Positions 11,987-26,169 are shown, counted from the whole stretch's first letter. The stretch is 63,740 nucleotides of DNA, filler included, from Choristocarpus tenellus KU-1152 (GCA_964200185.2; 12 parts of 12 records of this genome joined end to end with filler, not necessarily neighbours in it); one strand, 5' to 3'. Translations and numbers: made by a program. The notes: a model not told the origin generated them from the letters alone.

Positions 11987-14900
11987 CTATCGTGTTGGGG
12001 GGGCTTTAGAGCCCAATGTTACAGCACCCTGTCCTATAGAAGGGGGGTGTTGAAATGGACTGTTGAGCTCTATAATTTCCACATCTCCACCCCAGTCCTC
12101 CAATCCTGCATCCAAATCTAGCACATCTATCCCCTCTGTCACGCCACCCTGGTTGGTCTTCACACCCCCTTGGTCATTTCCTAGCGAACCTTGCCCATTC
12201 CCTATCTGTTCAAAACATGGCAAGGAGGAGAATCAGCTGTTTGATGGGAAACTCCACTGTTCCTTTTGTGTCCTATGCAAGGATAACACTATCATGACCA
12301 ATACAACACCTATCATGTGTGATCTTTAGAGCTTAATCACAGACGGAATAATTTATGTACGGTCCCTCCTGCATGGTTTCAAATCCCCACAATATACCAT
12401 GATACCCGCATGGCAACACACAGGAGGTAAAGGTTCAACCACAATAACACCCAACCATAAAACTGCACCCAACACCACCCAATACACGGAACAATTGGGG
12501 TGGAGACAGACTCATCTCTGAAAAAATGGGCAGGTGTGCAACCCACCCTTCTCACACAAAACCCCTGAACGAATCCATTTACTACAGTCTCAACCAGCAA
12601 CACTAAATCCAAAATTACAACAGACCAAGGAGTACCAAACAAGAATACCTCAACAGCACTACCACGTCACAGATGGAGCTAACAGAGGGGTGGTCACATA
12701 GCTGGATCTTACCAACAGAAGCTTCTCACAATGTGCTTTCGGGTGTGACTGCCCATCTACATACCTCACCTATGAACACTTCAAATAAGGTCAAGTGGTG
12801 CAGGACACTACCCACTACACAACAACACTCTCAGCATCACATGATGACATCACAAGACTATTGTTCACGCCATGCACCAGATGCATTTCTATTTCAGAGT
12901 TGCATCACACAGGCTACAAAAATCAGAGACAATAGACCCAACCCACTGATTGCATCAATATAATGTCCAATGTCGACTCATCTTGCTTTCATTCCCACCA
13001 ACCTGCACAACAGACAAAACCAAACACCTTACAAAACATACCGTTACTTACATTCAGACCACCACTATCTCCTCTCTCACCTGCCCTACACTGGCAGCAC
13101 CTGATGCCTTGATGTCACCCTTTTGAAGATTACCAAACAAAAAGGTCCGTGTCCGAATCTTTTTCGCCTGCCCTGTTCCATTGTTATTTCCAGAGATAGA
13201 GCGAGAGGTACCATCCAAATCATCCCTGGCAACTACATAGTCCTGGTAAGATGGCATGAAGCTGTGATACGCATCTTGAAACACATCCCTGGGGGTTCAA
13301 ACAGGGAGGACACGATCCAATACAGCATTGGTACAAGAGAGGTACGTCCACCACGAAATTCGTGACTGAGTGTATGTAACAGGGACCAGTACCACAACCG
13401 ATTCAAATAATCCAAGAGAGGGAATAAGTACTAGCGGTTCAGACCAGGTACCCGTGTGGTACCATCTGGGTACAAAGTCGACATTCCAAGTACTACATGT
13501 CAGGAACAAGGACGGGGAATACCCAACCCACACATAAAGATCTTCCGGCATGCGCAGCAACCCTTGGCAACCTCACTCCACACAAAACCACATCACCTGT
13601 TTGCCCCACTCAATGACTCCCCTCACCTGACACTGAGCATCTCCCTCACGTTCTCCAGCACCGGCTTCTCCTGATCCCCCATGAGGAAGTCGTGCCAAGG
13701 GAATGCGGAATTGAGGAGCAACGCAAAACCCACCTAAAGAAAGAGGTTTCAGGGGGTTAACAGGAGGAAGGTTGCAAGGGATGGAAGGGCATGAATCCTA
13801 CGCATGAGTGTTGATAAAAGAGACCTCTTGGCTGTTGGTTCTAAGAGAGACTCTTTCCATGAGGCCTTATGGAACAAACAACAGAAAGGCCTCGCTAATG
13901 CCCATTTATTCTCGAAAGTACCGACTCATCACACTCTTCTCCTTAATTAAGTAAAACAGTACATTTTCAAGCCACCCATGGAGTTCAACGATATAGAGGC
14001 GTTGCACAATATGCCAGTCATTCATGAGTACGGAGTCATTCATTCAGATCAACTTGAGAATAATCTTAAACATCACCCATTGCCAAACAAAGCCTGACAA
14101 AGCAACCAAACTTCAACGAGCACCTTAGCAGCCAATCGCAAACTATTGTTGACTTTGACTGCTGCATCAAACGTATTCAAAATCCAGGTACAGGTAAGAC
14201 AAAGAATGAACTATCAATAGGATAGCTTCAAGTGACAAATAGCAAGAGTCTTAACAAGTCCATTTCAAAGCTCTCCTTACGCTTTTAGCAGATCTCCCCA
14301 AAATAATCTCACATCTATTGCATGAGTTCCCATTCTTCGCAGGAAGTAAACAGATCAAACACCAGCAATACCTCATTTCCATCAGTAAGCATAACTTCTG
14401 TGATCAAGAAACAAATGTTGCCTTGCCACAAAACCAGCACCCCAAGCCTGCTTCATCCAACAGACCAGCAACATTCCTGCACAGTATCCCAACAGATGCT
14501 CCACACTATCCACTACGTTCATTACCTGACCCCCCCTTCTGTTCTACAACCAAAAGTCAACCCATTCTGGTCCATTTCAGGTAGCGATAACATAGCAAAC
14601 ACAACCAATGTTCTGGACATTGGATGCTACAAGGCAGTTGGGATCAAATATTTGCTTCACAACCAACACAATAGAGCAACAATTAACCCAATTTTGTAGG
14701 GTATGGTGTATGTTATAGGCTAACCCTAACCCTACCCTTAACCCAAACCTTGTAGGGTATACTAACACAACCATTAAAAAGTCCTTAGTTCAAGGTCTGC
14801 ACAACTCCACGAATAACCCAAACAAATGCAAGCTCACCAAAACCCACAATAAAATGTAAACCCTACTGTCCTCTCACCATCTCCACACACAAAATCCAGT

Positions 14901-17900
14901 CATCCCAAAGGATGGATTGCTCCGATGAGATCTGCCTCCACAAAAGCATAGCACAAAACACGTTTTTGTTCAAGTTATTGATGCAGAAGGCAATCCCGCA
15001 GGTGTTCCATACCAAAAAGAAAGTGCACTGTAATTAGCAAATTTCCACCTCCATCTCAATAAAGCACCCAAGAGAGCCCACTGAGTAAAAAAATTAACTA
15101 TGAGAACAAAACAAACCAATGTTTTCATCTCAACTTGTGAGATTTCAAACACTCTTGTGCTAATGCAAATATTGCCTTTGTGGCAATATAAATATACCCG
15201 GCATGGACTCTGCAAACAAGACAACCGACCCCACTGTTCACCAGCACTCCGAGTGTATGAAATATACCTCACTTCTTTTCCTAGTACCAGATAGAAGTGC
15301 CAACAGCACACACAGAACATAATTTTCACACAAGACAGTACTAATACATCAAAATTCTATCGTGTCAGACATCAACACGTAAACACTATCACAAAACACA
15401 TCGCTGCAGAATGCTTGGCGGGATGATGCAACCGTCACATCATCATAACAGGTCAAGCGTTATTGGCAGAGCTGTCTCAACATACTCCAGCAATGTTTTC
15501 CCATCGATATGTCACACCAGTCAGAGACCAGCGCTTTACTCACAATGCAATGACAATCCCACATCCTACCCCAGGAGAAAAAAAGCCTTCTCACCCCTGG
15601 TATGAAGTAGATCACCACACTTTGCCAGTAGGTAGCAAAGATAATGCTCTTCACTGCTACAAACTTCTGCACTGGCTTGAAGGGGGTCAGCAGGGACTTG
15701 GTGGCATGGTAGAACAGTAGCAACCCATACAGTGACACTGAGTAGCTCGTGTTGTACACCACCAGGAGGGTAACCTTAACAACAGAAACCCCATGGCAAC
15801 AAGCAGATACCGAGTGACATGTATCAGAGCTTGGTGGGTCAGGGGGTATCAAAACGCCTTCGAAAACATACGCTGGTACGTGGCAGGGTATCAGGGGCCA
15901 CCCTAGGAGACATCAAAAATAACCTTCATACCATCATACCAAAAAAAAAAGGTGTGAATAGTTCTGCTCCATAGCTGACTACAGAGCAATGTCCATCCAT
16001 GTATCCCCAACCTCATTCACCAAGTCAATCTATGAACTAATACACCCGATATTCATGTGTAATCGGCAAGTCCTACACTTACCCAGACACCAAACTCCCA
16101 AAAGGTTGTCTCTTGCTCTAGTCAACCTCAACCAACACATCACTCACCACACCCTTCTACTAATATTGCCCACATCCCATAAAGTTCCGATCAAAATGCA
16201 CCTAAAACTACCTGGAAACTTGGAGAAAAGTACTCCCCCACAGCAAGGGCCAAGAGGCTGAGCATCGCCATGACGGGCTTAACTACAACAAACTGTAGAG
16301 TTGCTTGCTTTGCCAGTCGCAGCAGATTGCCATCCCTTCGCACTGGGGGCAGCAGGCAACATGGCCATGGGTGGGCCACCTGGTTCACGGCAGGGTGCAA
16401 GGGCAAGGGGCAAAGGGCAAAGGGGCAGGGAGGTGAGGGGTGGGGTATGTGCCTCCACGAAGCATTACTCCAGGTGAGGACTACATTTCTCAGTAGTCAG
16501 CAGGTAGTGAGGGTGTCCTTAGGCATGATTACTCTGTAGCAATACAGCAGGATCTGGAGCAGTTCACTGTAACTAAAGGGCATACAGTAGCAATTGTGCT
16601 ATTTATCGATGACATAAACACAAAAGCTGTCAGTCACTGGACTAACAAAATAGGTGTCAATGTCAAGGTATCCAAACACCAAAAAAAAATTAACACGTTG
16701 AAATGTAGCATAGCAATGAGCCTTCAAGGACAAAGAGGGGTGACCGGTTATGATCACCTAACACCCACCTAACGCCCAGTATACTTCCATACCCACTGCT
16801 GTAACTCACGAATCGCTGGAAAAGAGAGCACATGATCTCAGAAAAACCCCCGATCCAAGCAAGGTTATGAACTCCTCTTTATATTCTCAAAAACGAACAA
16901 GCTCAGGGATACCCCTCGACTTCCAAAGGCAGAGCACCTTCACAACACAAGGACCGTGTACCATGCAGATCATTGTACAATAAGTTGGACACATCAACCA
17001 CGGATAACCAAGGGGTCTTTCTTGACCGCAAACTGAAGACCTGAGCAGGTGCGTCCCATTTCAAAGCCCCTCCATTTCAAGCTCATCTCCCAGTCACACA
17101 TTACTGAAGGACCCACTGTGGAGCTGGGCCATGAAACAAATGCTAGAGGAGCCAAAACCCACCCTATCATCAAACAACAAGACACAAAAATATGATTTCA
17201 ATTGCAAACAACCAGTGAACGGAATGGCATCCGCTCTTCGCAGTATAGATCAGACTCGCTTTATCCATCAACAGAATAACCCTCAATTCAAGTCCTCATT
17301 CAAAAAAGAGCATCACCAACTACAGTACATGCACTACCTCTCACAAACTCACTTATTCTCATCGTGACTGAGCCCATTAACAGCCACGTTAGGAAAGGCC
17401 ACAGAGCCTGCAATCATGAATAGGGAGCCAGTCAGTCAAGGGCAAAGAGAGACACTACTATGCAGCATAGAGACTCCTCCCATACACACTGTAGATAAGA
17501 CCCTGGAACTGTCCAAACAAAAACACTGTGCCCACACCCTCCCATCTCCTTCACACAAACTTCTACAATAAAATTGAAGCAATCAGGTCAGAGATTTTTA
17601 CGCTCAACAATCCTCGAATCAAATTTCGGAAACATTCGAGGTTCCAGGGTCCCACATGGACTAGCACACGCCTTTTTTTCCACAACACCAGACCACAATA
17701 ACATGAAATGATTGCAACTCGTCTCGTATCCCATGATATCACACAAGTACAGACTACTGAAACTTCCCACTTCGGTCTTCTATCCAAGCGCAGTGACTCT
17801 CACTAACCCTAACCCTCACAAAAACAACCATGCTTTGCAAGAAATCCCCAAGATTGCTCCACCTTATTCAAGACCACTGTTTGAAAATAACTCGGCCCCT

Positions 17901-19971
17901 GGACCAAGCATGTTCTGGAACCCCTTGCGTACCTACTTCGAATTTTTCCGCTGCATCACATGTACACTACGACAACAGTGCAACAGCTTGCATGACCCAC
18001 AATCACTCATGTAAAATCTGCCCCAGATTTTTGCGGCCCACAGACTTTGACAAATATGGGACAACACTGCTGCTGCCCATATATATATATATATATACAT
18101 ACATTGGGAGACCAAAAAAGGTCAGTACAGAGTTTACAACAGGCGTAACGAGCTATAGATCCATCTTGACCTTCTGCCGTGATCTTTCTAGGCCGTACCA
18201 TACCGCGGACTTAGCTGTAGGCTTACTTACATGGCCGGGCCATGATGACAATTTTGATTTGACACAAAAACCTGTCATCTTCCTACCATATACCCCTACA
18301 GGTGAATGCCTCGGAACAGCCAATATAGCTAGAAAGCTGCACCGTAACGACTTGTGCACCACCACAGGGGCTAACTAACAAGTCCACGCTTACCGGCGGA
18401 AGGTGCTTGATCTGTTCAATGCAATTGTAGTCACCTCCAGCGTATTCCAGGATGAGAGTGAGAAAAGAGTAAACCACAAACGCCTCACTAATGTCACGCA
18501 CTGTAAGAGCCACCACCACCACGTTGGTGCTGGAAAGAGAGGGAATGAGGCAAGAAGGAAGTTGGTCAAATAATTTCCAGCACAAAGTCGACCACTGGGG
18601 GGAAATGTTAACTTCTACCGAATGTCGTATTGAACGAATTGTGGATGTTAGCATCTGCATGATCAAATGAGGTGTGCATTATCCGATTTTGCACAAGAGG
18701 TTCGTGCCACCCCGAGGGCTTTTCGAATCATTTTTCCTCATCTTCCAACATTTGGGCGCTACCTAATGCTTGTGGTACTACCAGCACAACCATGTTCAAA
18801 AGAAGGGATTGCCGGAAAAGGTCTAAAAGTCGAAGAATACAGGATGGTTGTAAGGATGCCACACTCAACACCATGTACTGTCTTTGATGTACATTTATGA
18901 ATGCAGTTCTGTCCATTATCCCCCTTCCATGTCTCTCTAGTGCATGCATAGATGTGAAGACAAAGAGTACTATTAAAACTACACAGGAAAACGTAAATCT
19001 AAAGCACTACATTAAGGAGGCTAAGTATAGACTTCTGCGTAGAATGTTGACATGCACACACCAAATAGTATCAACTTGCACAATCTATAATCATTTCTAA
19101 ATGCCTCCTAGAAAACTCGTGATAGCATCCCCATAAGACAAGCGAGACAGAGCATGTCAATGTATTGTGCACCGTACTGTGCCGTACTACTACTGTACTT
19201 CTCATCTAGTGATCACCTCGTGGAGATAATGGCGATGCAGGAACAGACGGAGTACACAGGTATGATAAATAGAATGCGGAATATATACTTCTGTGTGCGA
19301 GGGAAGTTGTAGTTCTGCGCATGTCTCAGCATGTTCGAGCCAGAGATGATAAGAGCCAAAACCTTAGTGGGGATGGGGCGGGGGGATGCAGTGAGGGTGG
19401 TTAATCAAGCAGACTGCAAGAGAGTACATATACTCATACACACAACCGTAGAAAGGAAACGCATTACCTCGAGCTTATGCAATAATGCCTCCTCTGGGTT
19501 TATTGACCCAACTCAAGACGGGCAAAGATGACCCTCTACCTTGTCCCGAACACTACTCCAACCAAAATACTCAAAAGCAGTAACTGTGGCATCGTATTTA
19601 TACCGTGCGTCACAACTAGAACCATAAAATATTGTATGGAGGACTTGCAAACAACCGCGAGTGTGAAAATGATTCAATGATATCCGTAAGGAACCAAGGA
19701 CCGACCCAAAAAAAACTGCCTAGAAAAGTCGCATCAAAGTACAGACCAGCTGGACGTACGACTACTGAGACTAAGCAATAATGAAAGGACGACGATCCTG
19801 GGTTCAAGAGTATTCAAATCTATGTAGGTGGAATGCTTCAACTTGGATTGGGGCCATGAGGTCAATATTTAGTTCCAAAAAAGAGTCAGTCCATCGTCCA
19901 TGTCTCACCGTCGCTGCAATAGCCAGGCCTACAGCTGTGGGGGTCGTAACCCATGCTGCAGCATTCGTCAT
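11987..19971 (-). CDS. TMEM184: TMEM184 / organic solute transporter alpha-like membrane protein, 9 coding exons, 426 aa
   Basis: Exons 19971-19909, 19362-19217, 18529-18394, 16379-16212, 15774-15595, 14931-14878, 13733-13627, 13288-13081 and 12205-11987. All GT-AG, phases consistent, total 1281 nt. Family motifs: HAQNYNFPRTQKYIFRILFIIPVY, RDISEAFVVYSFL, KQATLQFVVVKP, PFKPVQKFVAVKSIIFATYWQ, ILCVEM. The first and last exons are less certain. Confidence 0.92.
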
Positions 19972-21698
19972 CCTAGCCTGTTATTTTTTCGATAGCGTCT
20001 ATCCCCCCTTCTCCCTATCCATTCCCTTGGGGTGTAAGTATGGTAGGAGCGTTGAAGGACCAAAACCTTTTTGTCAAAAACAAACTTCCAAAGTTGGCAC
20101 CTAACAGGTAAGCATTCAGGTTGAATCACACACCCTTCTCACAAGTCCACACCAAGTATCTATATTATCTCTCTATTATGTGCAACAGAGACTTCGCACC
20201 CTTTTCAGGCCTTCACAGACCAAAAAATTCAACAGAATGAGGGAAGAGGGGTAGATTGGACCGATAACCATTATCTTCTGTCATATGATGATATTTTTCG
20301 TGCAAACGCACCCACACATAAAGTGTTGCAACTCCCTTCCTCTCTCCGCGAACAATCGCACGAGATAAATTGAAATCTCGAAATTTCAATGAAGGATTCG
20401 GAACACTTGGAAAAGAGTATTAAAGATCTGTCATGGAGGAACAAATAGTGTCTGCCTCCGGCTCCGTTCAGGGTCGATAATTCAGCTCATAAGCCCCGCA
20501 ACTAAGGAGATGTAATCCTACCTTGAAAACGGAATAAGGAGGGCTTGCATCGAATGATCTGCTTGCAGGGGATTTTTTGGCATGTCCTTGAAACTTTGTT
20601 TGCTCTACTATTGTGGGATCAACTTAGAGTCGATTGAGGTGTGGCTTGAAATGAAGCTCCAGCGCAGGGCAAGAAGTGGGCAAAAACGAACCGAGATACG
20701 TCAGCTGTGCCAGTAGAGGTTGTTGTTCAAGTGGCCAAGCTTATACGACCTTCCTAGTTCACTTGACAAGCCCCACCAATACTGGTTTACTCACGATTTT
20801 CTAGCGAGTGGTAAGTGTTAAGAAACATGTGCGATATGCTCGTGAAGTTGTTCGATGGTCATGAAGCTAATGGTTCCTACTTATCGAACTTAGTATATCG
20901 AGAGTGATGTGCGTTAGTTGAGGGGTCAGATGAGCCTGTGTGCCTATGAGCGTCACCCCTGAAATGGAATCTCCTGCAACCAATTTTGCATCTTGCGTTG
21001 AAACAAGAGCACTAATATTCTTTGGGATTCGTTGAACTACTTCTATTTCCCTCAGGACAGCGTGTAGATAGGTCATCAATAGGGGTGACTTATGCACGGA
21101 CTGGAAGAAGTTCGTGTAAGAGGAGGAACGACGTATATAAGCTGGATTGCTGGAGATACATACAGGTAGTGGAGGATCTACGGATGCCAACGGGATGGAT
21201 GGCAGAGAATGGGGACTGGGAGGTATTGACTCGATCTTCAGACCTCACATGGTGCTGGGGAACGTTGTCAACCGCATTTCACCTACCTGGGCAGCTACAG
21301 ACCTATTGGAAAGAGAATAGCGTGTGGTCAACTGGGAACATACCATGTACACATAAGAAGTATATGGCATCTCCAAAGCAGAAACAGCGAGTTCTCACAT
21401 CAAAGCGAACACTATGCTGCTCTCCCAACTGGTGGCATAGCCACCCTTCATCTTCATACGGTGGTAGAGGTGATTTGCGAACTTTACCACGACCAATAAG
21501 GAGGTTGGTGGTGATGATGAGAGTGTTGTGGTTCTTGTGTGGTACACCAGGGCCAAGTGACAGCTCTGTAATGAGAGTTGAGATGGATTTAGGGGTAAGG
21601 AGTAGTGCAGGATCGAAACTCTCCTCATTGGAAGTTAGAGGGGCGAGGACAAACACTTCAGGAAGGCAACATAATAGTGGGAAAGGGGCAAAGGTAGT

Positions 21699-21744
21699 GG
21701 GTCAAAGTATCTAGGAGGGGGGTGTCGGCGTCCGTTTTTCACAG
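21699..21744 (+). mobile_element. MITE family C terminus
   Basis: GGGTCAAAGTATCTAGGAGGGGGGTGTCGGCGTCCGTTTTTCAC, the reverse complement of the ends at 26169 and 44636. Confidence 0.8.
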
Positions 21745-21844
21745 NNNNNNNNNNNNNNNNNNNNNNNNNNNNNNNNNNNNNNNNNNNNTTAATTAATTAA
21801 NNNNNNNNNNNNNNNNNNNNNNNNNNNNNNNNNNNNNNNNNNNN

Positions 21845-23044
21845 CTTAGTTTGTTTTCGCCATTTTTTTTTTTTTAAGAGTGCTCGAACCTTGAATTGTA
21901 GGTCACCAAGAGTGGCAGATACACTATTATTTTATTATAGGGTTTAGGCGGGAAAAAAGCCTCCCCACTCTTTCTTGCTGTGTGTTTTCACACCCACTGT
22001 TTGACCTCGCCAAGGATGTCCTCGCCAAGGCCTAGAATGAAACGCCTCTTGTAGCACCCTTGCTCCAACACCTTGATGTAGCCCTTAGTTAGGAAGTCTC
22101 TCTCCCGTTTACTCACAGTTTTCGCTGTGACCATTGCGTATCCTGCTGCCATCTCGAGGGACGTTTTATGGTCTTTTTCGTCGACTACTAAGATATTCTA
22201 CACCCGGGTTTCGCTTAGGATTTTTCTGAGTGTAATGGCACGCAGTCGCACTGCTCTCCTCCCCAACCTTCCCTTTGGCCGGCCAACCTGGTTCTCCCTT
22301 CGCCCGCCGTGACCAGGCTTCCCCACAGACACTGTACCACCTGGTCATGCACTCGCCGTTCTCTTCCTGCTTTCCCTAGTTGGTAGAGACTGCGGAGCAG
22401 TAGTGCTCAAGATCCAGCCACGTTTGTGTGGTAATGCTTTCAATGCATCTTCTCTCAGCGTCAGTGTTGCGGCCGCATGGTCCATTTCGTGATTTGATTA
22501 TGCTGCGCCACATTACACACACTTTCTCGTCACCTAACATCGCACTGAGTCTCACACAGGACTTGTTTTCTGTCGCCTCTCGACAGAGAAGGTGCCGAAG
22601 GTAGATCCAGGAGGAAGAGTGGCCTCGACGGCTCTCCTTTTCTCGCCGTCGTAGTCCATATTGCTGTGTGGGTCAATTGTGTGTGTGTTCATAGAAAGTC
22701 TGTAAAAGGCGTAAAAAAGATATCCCACAATCTTGTTTTTTTTTCGGTAGTAGGGGCAAACACACCACATTTTACAGGGGCTATTCTGGACTAGTTTTTT
22801 GCGGGGAATTCAGTCCAACCACTTCATTTTTTTACCTTTTGAGGTTGTGACCAACAAAATTGCGCTGGAGTTTTTCCCCCACGTTTTTACTATTTCTTTG
22901 ATCGGGATATAGTTCCTGTTCACTGGAGTTAATACATTCCTATATACAAATCTTCAACCCCTCTTGACATAAGGATTCATTTGATATTTATATTGTTGCG
23001 TACCTCTCTCTCCTGACCTACAGACCGCGAGCTATTGGTACCAC
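21845..23044 (-). mobile_element. Family F, second copy with internal deletion
   Basis: Collinear with 4870-6662 but lacks ~5233-5804. Ends GCTATTGGTACCAC. Confidence 0.8.
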
Positions 23045-23244
23045 ATAACAACAATACAATACTCCCGACAATTAATCTTGGGTATTTTGGTCTCTCCAGT
23101 GTATGTCACCTTTTCTTGTGGAGTGGCGAAGACATTGAAATCCATCATTACGACAGCCAATCAAAATCCACGATTACCCTATTTAGAAGACGATAATATA
23201 ATATATATATATAATATTATGTCTGGTCCAACTTTCCATATTTA

Positions 23245-23289
23245 CTGACTATATGTATTTTATTATTATGCCCTCTGACTATATACTAT
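23245..23289 (-). mobile_element. ~20-nt RLE-LINE 3' tip with target duplication
   Basis: TTTATTATTATGCCCTCTGAC flanked by the direct repeat CTGACTATAT (23245-23254 and 23275-23284). Confidence 0.6.
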
Positions 23290-24849
23290 TGTCTCGTTGA
23301 CATCTGTATAAGTTGGATTTCAATTTTTGGGTTAAAGTTCAGTAGAGCTTTGGAGGGTGTTTTGAGTATTCTATCGGGTCTGAATTGAACTATACCACTA
23401 CTACTATTACCCAGTGCCCTGTCATGTGCGGTAGTGATGTTGTGGTAGTACTTAAATACTTGTAAACTGCATTTCCCGAAACAATCTCGAAATTTTGTAC
23501 CCTCTGTTCACTAGCATCAAGAGTAAGGACAGAAATATTCAATCCTCCAGTAGCTAGTATGAATTATTGATAATATTTTATAGTATAATTTTGTATGTCG
23601 GGAAAGATATCATCTCAACGGAGGGACTTGTGTGAAATATTATTGGACCGGAAAATTGTTTCCAACAACAACTATTTTACTCTATATTTATTTGTGCCTT
23701 AATCAATAGGTAACAATATCAACTCTACAAACCTACCATCAGTTCTTGAACTCGATTCTGGTGATGAGAAAAGGTTCCAGATTCAAGAACACTGAAATGT
23801 TCCACCTCATACGATCCCTAATCCCTTCTCCAATGTTCCATTAATATGTATCATCAGTGCGAATAATTTCGTCGACCACCACATACAAATCTCTCTAACA
23901 CCAAACGACCAAACTTGATGTCCCTTTTGACGGAATGTTGGCTAGGGGCTGGGTGGGTGCTGTCTTCCTAGTACTAATAGGGTTCTACGTACACTTCTTG
24001 TCTCGGACTCATCCATTGAGTGCAGAATTACCTGCAGAGGATTCCACTGTCCACTCTGATGTTCCTGGTGTGCAAGAATATACAGGTAGAGTCGCTAATT
24101 GACAAGGAGTGTGCTTTAAACAGTCCCCTTGAATGGTTCTAATGGGGGGTTTGAGGCTTAGGCCCCTCTAGCGATGAAGGTGCCAATGAACGAGTTGGTT
24201 GAAGTACTGTAGATTTTGGTTGAGATCAGGATTATTCTTACTATTCATCCTATGTACTTTGGCCTCGAAGCATTAAATAAGGGTTAGGATGAATTCATCA
24301 GGTCGGGTCGATACATATCTACAGGAGGGAGTTGTTAGTAGTAGTGTTAACCACAACTCATCAACCCCCAAGATTTGAAGTTTCTGTAAGGGCTTTGTCC
24401 TACTAAAGATCATCCCACCCGGTAGTCTATTTTTTGTTTGTGGCATTTCCTGATAGCCCTGACGTCCTGACCATGACCGAGGCTTGAAGCAAAAATGAAT
24501 GTGGAACTAGGACAGCTTTGTGTTGGTTGGTCTCGGGCTTTGTAATCCCATAGAAATAAAGAACGTACACCCATGTGAGTTGCCTAATTCTAATGTGGTC
24601 ATGTTTTCATTTATGAGGATGCCTTGATCCAGTCAAGTTGATCCGTTGATAGGTGCACGTTTGCTTGGGATAACAAAATTGAAACGGTCTCCCCAAATAT
24701 TTTGTGTAGTCCTCTCTCTATGTAGCTCTTTCTCCGCCAGTATCAACCGCTATATCGAACACCAAAAGACCGAAACTATCTGCCGATTTCTCGGCAAAGT
24801 TGATTGTATGGTGTAGAAGGTCAGCTTTGTGAATGTCTGCAACGACTAG

Positions 24850-25607
24850 GATGAACATAAATATGTGGTTGCTGCGACGAGTTGTCGTTATTCGAGCTGG
24901 TTTGGGGCGGTGACTATGGCCCTGATTGTGATCTCCTTGTACAATCTCTTCTTGGTTCCTCTACCGAGTCCAGAGTCACAAAAACATGATTCCGCAGACC
25001 ATCCCACACTCAATTATAATGTTCTTACACCGCACGAGATAGGTGTGCAGGTAAAGATCGTCGACAGCAGCGCTCTGGACAGCACTGCCAAAGCAAAGCG
25101 ATATTACTCCTTTGAAGAATACGCTGTGAGTATTGGGGTAACCAAGTTTCCAAGCCGGGTGGGCCCTGGCTAGTTTAGAATATTGTTTAGGCATGATTGT
25201 TTTCCACAGGAGAAGCCTGAACAAGTCCCAAGTCTGAATTGCAGTAGTTACTAGGTAAACTTTTGTGTGATGTAGATACAGTCTTGAAAGTTCGAAAGCA
25301 GATTGTTGCGGTGAAACTCCCTAATTCCATCCTGCAGTGTCTGAGTTACAAATACTATGTTGACTTCACCTTATCAGCTTCGGGCTACCTTCGATTATGG
25401 TGTTCGGGATATGCTGCCAACCTTAACTCATTGTCCCACCAACATTCCTGAGTGTGCCTGATCAACCCCCATCAACCCTGCAACTGGTCGTATGTATGGA
25501 AGAAAGAGTCAAGATCTTCAACACGAGGCCAAACGCCCCTACCTGTGGTTCGTAATAGCAATTCCGTCGATGTCACTATTCCCACTGTGGTTTTCATTGG
25601 GACGCAG
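24850..25607 (+). pseudogene. Possible type II membrane sulfotransferase, 5' exons, apparently degraded
   Basis: Hydrophobic anchor MALIVISLYNLFLV. Exon-like blocks ~24850-25125, 25210-25254 and ~25442-25607, the last ending IPTVVFIGTQ|GT, like the start of the PAPS-binding P..IIGxQKxGT motif. In-frame TAG/TGA present. Confidence 0.4.
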
Positions 25608-25870
25608 GTCAGACAGAAACTACCATATCGTGATTTCTCTCATCCTTCTTATACCTTCTCTTATGGGCCTGTCTGCTTACATGTATTCCATCTGACTGGT
25701 TATTGACCTATCACCTCACGAAATACAGATACTTCATTTTATTGAATGCTTGGACCGTTACATACCACAAACAATTCGATCGCCCGTTTCTGGGTAGAGA
25801 GTGACAGAAATCAGACGTCCATCACAGCCACCTACTCGGTTGTTGAAACCTGTCTGTTAATTTTGAGATA

Positions 25871-25899
25871 GACCAAAAGTATCTGGGGGGGGGAGGGGG
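25871..25899 (+). mobile_element. Terminus of an A/B/C-group element
   Basis: GACCAAAAGTATCTGGGGGG at the contig end. Confidence 0.6.
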
Positions 25900-25999
25900 N
25901 NNNNNNNNNNNNNNNNNNNNNNNNNNNNNNNNNNNNNNNNNNNTTAATTAATTAANNNNNNNNNNNNNNNNNNNNNNNNNNNNNNNNNNNNNNNNNNNN

Positions 26000-26169
26000 C
26001 ATGCTGTTGGGAGGGGCGCGTGGTTGGGGGGGGCGTCCGTTTCGGTCAAACAACTCTTTTTTTTGCTGACATTTCAAATCCCACATGTGCGACCAAATCA
26101 CACCAAAAAAGTGAAAATCGAAAAAAGGGTGAAAAACGGACGCCGACACCCCCCCAGATACTTTGACCC
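26000..26169 (-). mobile_element. MITE family C, nearly complete
   Basis: Ends CCCCCAGATACTTTGACCC. Left part matches the reverse complement of 57388-57459; right part matches 44518-44636. Confidence 0.8.

Noticed and set aside
21022-21714. 230-aa plus-strand ORF, possible gene divergent from TMEM184
   Set aside because: No recognisable motif and no consistent exon chain could be built.
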